Source: a bacterium (GTDB lineage Bacteria > Desulfobacterota > S145-22). From it: a stretch of DNA of 50,388 nt. The stretch's first letter is position 1, and each line of letters begins with the position of its first letter. The notes beneath the pieces were generated by a model that saw only the letters and a program-made list of their open reading frames with translations, had not been told where the DNA came from and did not search any database. Positions 44,695 through 50,388 of the stretch are shown piece after piece. The stretch spans positions 24,031-74,418 of the forward strand of contig JAOZMY010000001.1 in assembly GCA_029934085.1 (NCBI GenBank). Reading direction: 5' to 3'. Made by a program: the position numbers and the translations under genes.

Positions 44695-46251
44695 ATGGAT
44701 GAAGACTTGAGAAAAAGAATGCTGTCCCCGGATTTCTATCCGCACCGCCCTTCCCAGGTAAAGGAAATTCAAACCCATATCTCCCACGTCTTTATTGCCC
44801 CTCCCTTTGTTTACAAGGTGAAAAAGCCGGTCGATTTCGGATTTCTCGATTTTACGACACTAGCGCGGCGATGTTTCTATACATTCCGCGAACTCCTTTT
44901 GAACTCACGATTTTCTCCCGATCTCTACCTTGAAGTGCTCCCCATTACCTTTAATGGGAACACATACCAGCTTTCCGGAAAAGGTGAACACGTGGAATAC
45001 GCCCTGGTCATGAATCAGTTCGATGAGACCAGGACCATGAAGCGCCTGATAGAGGATGGAACCTTGACGGATGGTCAGGTCGAGGAACTTGCAAAGCGAC
45101 TCGCAGATATCCACGGAAAGGCTCAGTCGATCAAACCTGAGATTGGGTTGGGTTCTTATGCCTCGGTTCGTTATGACTGTGAGGAGAACTTTGACCAACT
45201 GGCACCCTTTGTTGGGGATTTTGTCGATAAGGGTACCTGGTCCGCGGTGAAAGAAGGGACCCTTGGATTTCTCGAGAGACATCAAGATCTATTTCAATTT
45301 CGCCTCGAAAACGGGTTTATCAGGGATTGCCACGGGGACCTTCATACGGAGCACATCATCTTTGAAGATAAGGCCATTTATATATTCGACTGCATCGAGT
45401 TTAACGAACGGTTTCGATTTATCGATACCATGTCTGACCTCGCCTTTCTTATCATGGAGCTCATCTTTCTGGAACAGTCCAATAGAAACCCTCACCTCTT
45501 GGACCCCTATTTCTCTCATATCCAAGATCCCTGGGGCCCGTTGCTGATCGATTTCTATGCCTGCTACCGCGCGACCGTCCGGGCGAAGGTGCACGCGTTT
45601 ACTGCCGGCGATCCCTCTGTACCGACCCTGCAACGTGAGCGCTCGAGGGCCTTGTCTCGGTCCTATCTCAGTCTTGCGAAACGTTTGATCCAACGGTATG
45701 CGCGCCCTTGGCTTGTCCTGACCATGGGGTTTTCCGGGACGGGAAAGACCACCGTGGCAAAGGCGCTAAAGGAGAGATCTGGAATTGAGGTTCTGAGTTC
45801 TGACGTTGTCCGTAAGGAGCTTTTGAAAAATGATGCTTCCTCGAGCAGCGGCTGGAACGAAGGTATCTATCGTCCGGAGAGCCGTGCCCAGGTCTATGAA
45901 AGGATGTTTGAGAAGGCCCGGGAGGTTTTGGGAGAGAAAAGGTCCCTTTGCCTCGACGCCAGCTTCCTCGATGCAGTGCAGAGAGAGCAGGCCTTGGCGA
46001 TAGCAAAAGAGATGGATGTGAATTTTCTCGCCATTGTCTGCCACTGTGATGAGGATCAGGTCAAACGACTCCTCGAGAAACGCCAGGCGGAGGGGTCTGA
46101 TCCATCGGATGCGGACTTCGACATCTATCTCAAGCAGAAAGAGGCCTTCAAGGGCTGGGCTCCCATCCCTGCCTTTCAGCGTTTCCCGGTGGATACCACC
46201 GAGGGAATTCCCGAGCGGGAACTTTCGCTTCTCGCGTCCTTTGTTTCCTGA
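44695..46251 (+). CDS. Fusion protein: APH/choline-kinase-like phosphotransferase domain plus C-terminal P-loop (AAA_33-like) kinase domain
   Basis: It has CHGDLHTEHIIF...IFDCIEF (Brenner-type catalytic loop and DxD-like motif). The C-terminal Walker A is MGFSGTGKTTVAKAL. Confidence 0.7.
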   Translation: MDEDLRKRMLSPDFYPHRPSQVKEIQTHISHVFIAPPFVYKVKKPVDFGFLDFTTLARRCFYTFRELLLNSRFSPDLYLEVLPITFNGNTYQLSGKGEHVEYALVMNQFDETRTMKRLIEDGTLTDGQVEELAKRLADIHGKAQSIKPEIGLGSYASVRYDCEENFDQLAPFVGDFVDKGTWSAVKEGTLGFLERHQDLFQFRLENGFIRDCHGDLHTEHIIFEDKAIYIFDCIEFNERFRFIDTMSDLAFLIMELIFLEQSNRNPHLLDPYFSHIQDPWGPLLIDFYACYRATVRAKVHAFTAGDPSVPTLQRERSRALSRSYLSLAKRLIQRYARPWLVLTMGFSGTGKTTVAKALKERSGIEVLSSDVVRKELLKNDASSSSGWNEGIYRPESRAQVYERMFEKAREVLGEKRSLCLDASFLDAVQREQALAIAKEMDVNFLAIVCHCDEDQVKRLLEKRQAEGSDPSDADFDIYLKQKEAFKGWAPIPAFQRFPVDTTEGIPERELSLLASFVS

Positions 46252-46389
46252 TCAATAATCCTGACTTTATAACTAATTTGCCATTGAAACTCTGCTATCC
46301 CTGGGGATAGGGTGAGTTTGTAATGTTTTGTGAGTGAAAGTGAGAGATAAATCTGTTTTAATTGTTGACATGGCTCAGCGATTTGTGGT

Positions 46390-47526
46390 ATGAAGCAGTT
46401 CACTTTTGAAGAAGGAAAGAATGAGGGAATAATGAACGACCTTTATCGGGAAAGGGAGATCTCGGGATGTGGGCTAAGTGCCTACATGGACGAGTCGGGC
46501 GAGCGAAGCTCTGGGGATGACATCATCCAGTCGATAGCCCTGCTCCACGATCGGAGCAACGGCCTCGGAGGAGGATTTGCGGCCTATGGAATCTACCCCG
46601 AATTCCCAGACAGTTATGCCTTTCATCTTTTCTATGACGACAGCTCAAGCCAGGTGGTCTGTGAGGAGCTGATCCACGGGAGTTTTAACATCCGGGAGTC
46701 GGGGCCCATCGCTACCCGGAAGGCCTTTGGGATCGGTCCTGCTCCCATTATCTGGCGGTATTTCGTGGATCCGAAGGAAGAGGTTCTTGCTCGTCACAAT
46801 CTCTCCCCCGATGACTTTGTCGTTCAGGAGGTCATGAAAATCAACACAAACATCAAGGGGGCCTTCGTCTTTTCCAGCGGCAAGAATATGGGGGCCTTCA
46901 AGGCCGTCGGGTTTCCCGAAGACGTGGGAGACTTTTATCGGCTTGACGAATATCGGGCCTATATGTGGATCGCCCACGGTCGGTTCCCGACCAACACACC
47001 CGGCTGGTGGGGCGGGGCGCATCCCTTTACCATTCTTGACTGGGCCATCGTGCATAATGGGGAAATATCTTCCTATGGCATCAACAAACGCTATGTGGAG
47101 ATGTTTGGTTATCACTGCACCATGATGACGGACACAGAGGTCATGGCTTATCTCTTTGACCTCCTGTTACGGAAACATGAACTTCCCGTTGAGACGGCTT
47201 GCTCCATCCTGGCTCCCCCCTTCTGGGACCTGATCGAGCATATGCCGGAAGAGCAAAGGAACTATTACACCTCGCTCCGCATGGTCTATGGAAGCGCCAT
47301 GGCCAATGGTCCCTTTGCCATTGTCCTTGGGAGCCGAAGTATGATGCTTGCCTTGAATGACCGCGTGAAATTGCGTCCCTTGGTGGCTGCGCGAAAGGGA
47401 AGCATTGTCTATGTCTCGAGTGAGGAGTCGGGAATTCGCGAGATCTGTCCCCACCCTGACGCGGTTTGGATGCCCAGGACGGGGGAACCCGTTATCGCGA
47501 GACTCCACGAGGGGGTTGCGTCGTGA
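46390..47526 (+). CDS. Class-II (Ntn) glutamine amidotransferase, standalone glutamate-synthase domain-1-like
   Basis: It has ...EISGCGLSAYMD (candidate nucleophile Cys after a short propeptide), HGRFPTNTPG and HNGEISSYG. An alternative, better-supported start is ATG 46432 (MNDLYRE..., RBS GAGGGA). Confidence 0.75.
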   Translation: MKQFTFEEGKNEGIMNDLYREREISGCGLSAYMDESGERSSGDDIIQSIALLHDRSNGLGGGFAAYGIYPEFPDSYAFHLFYDDSSSQVVCEELIHGSFNIRESGPIATRKAFGIGPAPIIWRYFVDPKEEVLARHNLSPDDFVVQEVMKINTNIKGAFVFSSGKNMGAFKAVGFPEDVGDFYRLDEYRAYMWIAHGRFPTNTPGWWGGAHPFTILDWAIVHNGEISSYGINKRYVEMFGYHCTMMTDTEVMAYLFDLLLRKHELPVETACSILAPPFWDLIEHMPEEQRNYYTSLRMVYGSAMANGPFAIVLGSRSMMLALNDRVKLRPLVAARKGSIVYVSSEESGIREICPHPDAVWMPRTGEPVIARLHEGVAS

Positions 47527-49037
47527 GATTCAGCTATATAGAGCCGGAATTCCTAATCGAACGAGACCTGGAACGGTGCATCCGATGTCAAGTCTGTGTC
47601 CGTCAATGTGCCTTCGAGGCCCATATCTATGACGAGGCTTCCGATGTCGTCACGGCTGATTCGAACAAATGCGTGGGTTGTCTCCGCTGTGTGACGATGT
47701 GCCCCACCGACGCCCTCATCGTTCGCCCCAATCCCACCAGCTTCAAGGAGAACGCCAACTGGACGGGGAGGATCATAAAGAACATCTATAAGCAGGCGGA
47801 AACCGGAGGGGTTTTGTTGACCGGCATGGGAAATGACCGCCCCTATCCCATCTATTGGGATCATATGGTGCTGAATGCCAGTCAGGTGACCAATCCCTCC
47901 ATCGATCCGCTCCGCGAGCCGATGGAGTTGAAAACCTACTTGGGGCGGAAGCCGGAGCGTTTGGATGTCACTCTCAAGGATGGGAAGGTTAGCCTGAATA
48001 CGAAGCTTGCCCCCCAGTTGGAGCTGAGGATGCCGGTTCTCTTTTCCGCGCTTTCTTACGGCGCCATCAGCTTCAACGCCAGCAAGGCCCTGGCCAGCGC
48101 TGCGTATGAATTCGGCACTTATTACAACACGGGAGAAGGTGGACTCCACCGAGACCTTTACCAGTATGGTGAGCGGACGATTGTGCAGTGCGCCTCGGGA
48201 AGGTTTGGGGTTCACAAGGATTATCTCCAGGCGGGCGCAGCCATCGAGATCAAGATCGGTCAAGGAGCGAAGCCGGGCATTGGAGGTCACCTTCCCGGCG
48301 AGAAAGTGAGCAGCGAGGTTTCCAAAACCCGGATGATTCCCGAGGGTTCCGATGCCCTGTCTCCCGCGCCACATCACGATATTTACTCTATTGAAGACCT
48401 TCGGCAACTCATCTATGCCTTGAAGGAGGCGACTCGGTACGAGAAGCCTGTTTCAGTGAAGATCGCGGCGGTTCATAACTCTGCGGCCATCGCCAGTGGG
48501 ATGGTGCGCGCTGGCGCGGACATTATCGCCCTCGACGGGATTCGTGGGGGTACGGGTGCGGCTCCCACAACCATTCGGGACAACGTGGGAATTCCCATTG
48601 AGCTTGCCATTGCCTCGGTGGATCAGCGTTTACGGGAGGAAGGGATCCGTCATCAGGCGTCCATTATCGCAGCGGGCGGGTTTCGGAGCAGCTCGGATGT
48701 GGTAAAGGCCATTGCCCTCGGCGCGGACGCTGTTTACATCGGAACATCCGCCCTCGTGGCGATGGGCTGTCATCTCTGTCAAATCTGTTATACAGGGAAG
48801 TGTAACTGGGGGATTGCCACGCAAGATCCCTATTTGGAGAAGCGTCTCAACCCCGATATCGCGAAGGAGCGGTTGATGAATCTCCTTAGGGCCTGGGAGC
48901 ATGAGATTAAGGAGATGCTGGGAGGAATGGGGATTAACGCGATTGAAAGTTTGAGGGGAAACCGCCTCCATTTGCGCGGGGTCGGCCTCACGGACTCTGA
49001 ACTGGAGATTCTTGGCATCTTGCCAGCGGGAAGGTAA
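47523..49037 (+). CDS. Glutamate-synthase FMN (domain 2)-like protein with N-terminal 2x[4Fe-4S] ferredoxin domain
   Basis: A GTGA overlap links it to the upstream gene. Motifs: CIRCQVCVRQC and CVGCLRCVTMCP; GQGAKPGIGGHLPGEKV (GltS FMN-domain signature); ALDGIRGGTGAAP; GGFRSSSDVVKAIALGADAV. Confidence 0.8.
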   Translation: MRFSYIEPEFLIERDLERCIRCQVCVRQCAFEAHIYDEASDVVTADSNKCVGCLRCVTMCPTDALIVRPNPTSFKENANWTGRIIKNIYKQAETGGVLLTGMGNDRPYPIYWDHMVLNASQVTNPSIDPLREPMELKTYLGRKPERLDVTLKDGKVSLNTKLAPQLELRMPVLFSALSYGAISFNASKALASAAYEFGTYYNTGEGGLHRDLYQYGERTIVQCASGRFGVHKDYLQAGAAIEIKIGQGAKPGIGGHLPGEKVSSEVSKTRMIPEGSDALSPAPHHDIYSIEDLRQLIYALKEATRYEKPVSVKIAAVHNSAAIASGMVRAGADIIALDGIRGGTGAAPTTIRDNVGIPIELAIASVDQRLREEGIRHQASIIAAGGFRSSSDVVKAIALGADAVYIGTSALVAMGCHLCQICYTGKCNWGIATQDPYLEKRLNPDIAKERLMNLLRAWEHEIKEMLGGMGINAIESLRGNRLHLRGVGLTDSELEILGILPAGR

Positions 49038-49046
49038 CTCAGGAAG

Positions 49047-49493
49047 ATGAAACGGGTTTACGCAAAAGAAGAAGTATGTGCCGGATGCAGGCTCTGTGAG
49101 ATCTGGTGTGTGGTGGCGCATTCAAAGTCGAAGAATATCATCAAGGCCTTCAACGAGGAGTTTCCTCGGCCCCTGCCACGGGTCAAGGTGGAAGAGTTTG
49201 GCCCCTTTTCTTTCGCCCTTCAGTGCCGGCATTGTAAGGAGCCTCCATGCATTGAGGCCTGCATGACAGGGGCCATGCACCGTGAGACCCCGGATGGACC
49301 GGTTCTCCATGACCCTGACAAATGTGTGGGATGCTGGATGTGTATTATGGTCTGTCCCTATGGGGCCATCGCGAGGGATGAGACGGAAAAGAAGATCGCC
49401 AGCAAATGCGATCTCTGTCAGGGAGAGGAAGAACCGGCCTGTGTGGCTCACTGCCCTAACGAGGCCCTTGTGTTCGAGGATAGAGGGGAATGA
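49047..49493 (+). CDS. 4Fe-4S dicluster protein
   Basis: This 148-aa protein has CAGCRLCEIWC, CRHCKEPPCIEAC, CVGCWMCIMVCPYGAI and CDLC...CVAHCP. Confidence 0.8.
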   Translation: MKRVYAKEEVCAGCRLCEIWCVVAHSKSKNIIKAFNEEFPRPLPRVKVEEFGPFSFALQCRHCKEPPCIEACMTGAMHRETPDGPVLHDPDKCVGCWMCIMVCPYGAIARDETEKKIASKCDLCQGEEEPACVAHCPNEALVFEDRGE

Positions 49494-50388
49494 AATACGT
49501 CATCATTGGAAATTCCGTCGCGGCTATTGGAGGAGTGGAAGGAATTCGACAGGTCGATCCCGAGGGGGAGATTATTTTAATCTCAAAAGAGCCCTATGCA
49601 ACCTACTCGCGCCCGTTGATTTCCTACTTCCTGGCGGGAAAGGTGGATACCCGTCACATGGCGTATCGTCCTGCTACATTCTATAAGGCTCACGATGTAA
49701 CGGCACTTCTCGGAAAGGAAGCGTCGCGATTGGATACGAAGAATGCCAAAGTTATCCTGACAGATGGAGAAGAAATTTCTTACGATCGTTTGCTTGTAGC
49801 TACGGGCGGCGTGCCTTTTGTCCCTCCGATCAAAGGGATCGAAGCCAAGGGGGTAACGACATTTACCACGTGGGATGACGCGAAAGCCCTCAAACGTCTT
49901 GTCCCTGCACTGAAGAAGGTTGTGATTCTCGGAGGTGGGCTCATAGGGGTCAAGGCGATGGAGGGGCTTCAGGCCCATGGTGTTGATATTACCGTCGTCG
50001 AGCTGATGGATCGTATCTTAGGATTGGTACTGGACAAAACCGCCTCCGGAATCCTCGAGAAGAAACTGCTTCAAGAGGGTGTTACCCTCAAGAAGGGAAC
50101 AACCATCAAGGAAACTATCTCCGGTGAGGATGGGAAGGTAAGGGAAGTCTCCTTGGAAAACGGGGAGAGTTTGGAGGCAGACCATGTCATCATCGCGATC
50201 GGAGTGCGTCCGAACCTGGAGGTGGTGAAGGACTCCCCGATAGAATGCGGGCGCGGAATCCTGGTAGATGAGTCCATGCAGACCAGTGTCCCGAATGTCT
50301 TCGCGGCGGGAGACGTGGCGGAGGCAATGGAACTCATAAGTGGAGAGAAGCGTGTTATCCCCATTCTTCCCAATGCTTACCGACAGGG
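49490..50388 (+). CDS. FAD-dependent pyridine nucleotide-disulfide oxidoreductase family protein (N-terminal ~300 aa; runs off the window)
   Basis: It is not in the ORF track because it has no stop in the window. My own translation from the ATG at 49490 (ATGA overlap) is MKYVIIGNSVAAIGGVEGIR...LLVATGGVPF...KVVILGGGLIGVKAMEGL...VFAAGDVAE. This shows two Rossmann motifs and the GD motif. Confidence 0.75.
   Translation, partial: MKYVIIGNSVAAIGGVEGIRQVDPEGEIILISKEPYATYSRPLISYFLAGKVDTRHMAYRPATFYKAHDVTALLGKEASRLDTKNAKVILTDGEEISYDRLLVATGGVPFVPPIKGIEAKGVTTFTTWDDAKALKRLVPALKKVVILGGGLIGVKAMEGLQAHGVDITVVELMDRILGLVLDKTASGILEKKLLQEGVTLKKGTTIKETISGEDGKVREVSLENGESLEADHVIIAIGVRPNLEVVKDSPIECGRGILVDESMQTSVPNVFAAGDVAEAMELISGEKRVIPILPNAYRQ

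Noticed and set aside
46295-46310. A CTATCC-CTGG-GGATAG hairpin after the APH/P-loop kinase gene, as a possible terminator. A similar weak hairpin follows rpmB (36217-36240, CCAG-ttgatt-CTGG followed by TTTTT).
   Set aside because: The stems are only 4-6 bp, and the U-tract of the first is interrupted (GGTGAGTTTGTAATGTTTT). Both are plausible but too weak to call as features without 3'-end data.
1-50388. I looked for tRNA/rRNA/tmRNA-like sequences, CRISPR repeats, IS inverted repeats, toxin-antitoxin pairs and known defence-system gene signatures in all gaps over 100 bp. Those gaps are 3195-3625, 15417-15629, 22513-22754, 35885-36005, 38390-38492, 40965-41104 and 46252-46431.
   Set aside because: I found nothing convincing. 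The gaps are explained by promoters, leaders or terminators. No periodic repeats or T-loop/anticodon-arm patterns were seen. This was an eye-scan only, so tRNAscan, Infernal or CRISPR finders should confirm it.

Overview
This 50.4-kb window is a moderately GC-rich, densely coding bacterial chromosome segment. I found no rRNA, tRNA, CRISPR array, transposase or prophage signature. All calls rest on motifs read by eye in the ORF translations; no searches were run.

Contents from left to right:
1. A minus-strand LivK/LivHM/LivG-type ABC importer (1-3194).
2. A 431-bp control region containing a perfect 10-4-10 palindrome.
3. A plus-strand operon of about 11.8 kb (3626-15416). It encodes an XRE-cupin regulator, a second LivK-type binding protein, a FadH/enoate-reductase-type FeS flavoprotein, a three-subunit xanthine-dehydrogenase-family Mo-hydroxylase, an enamidase-like amidohydrolase, a 6-hydroxynicotinate-reductase-like FeS protein, a UPF0280 (ApbE-like) protein and an 'amino acid synthesis' (PF06684-like) protein. 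It ends in a strong intrinsic terminator.
4. A standalone EF-G paralog with birA and coaX, behind a near-consensus sigma70 promoter.
5. A minus-strand CaCA antiporter, ApbE lipoprotein and epimerase.
6. A long conserved housekeeping array: rimP-nusA-ylxR-infB-DUF503-rbfA-nrnA-truB-rpsO-pnp-M16-dut-yfcE-xerD-rpmB.
7. Minus-strand rel, HAD, DUF1844 and htrA.
8. purM-purN translationally coupled to three uncharacterised genes (DUF523, a degenerate Rossmann protein, an APH-like/P-loop kinase fusion).
9. A split glutamate-synthase-like cluster that runs off the right edge.

The best candidate for an undescribed system is the operon at 5530-15416. It looks like a truncated, re-wired anaerobic N-heterocycle ring-opening module (hydroxylate, reduce, hydrolyse, as in nicotinate fermentation). 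It also carries a triad of poorly characterised genes that may include a dedicated flavinylation factor.
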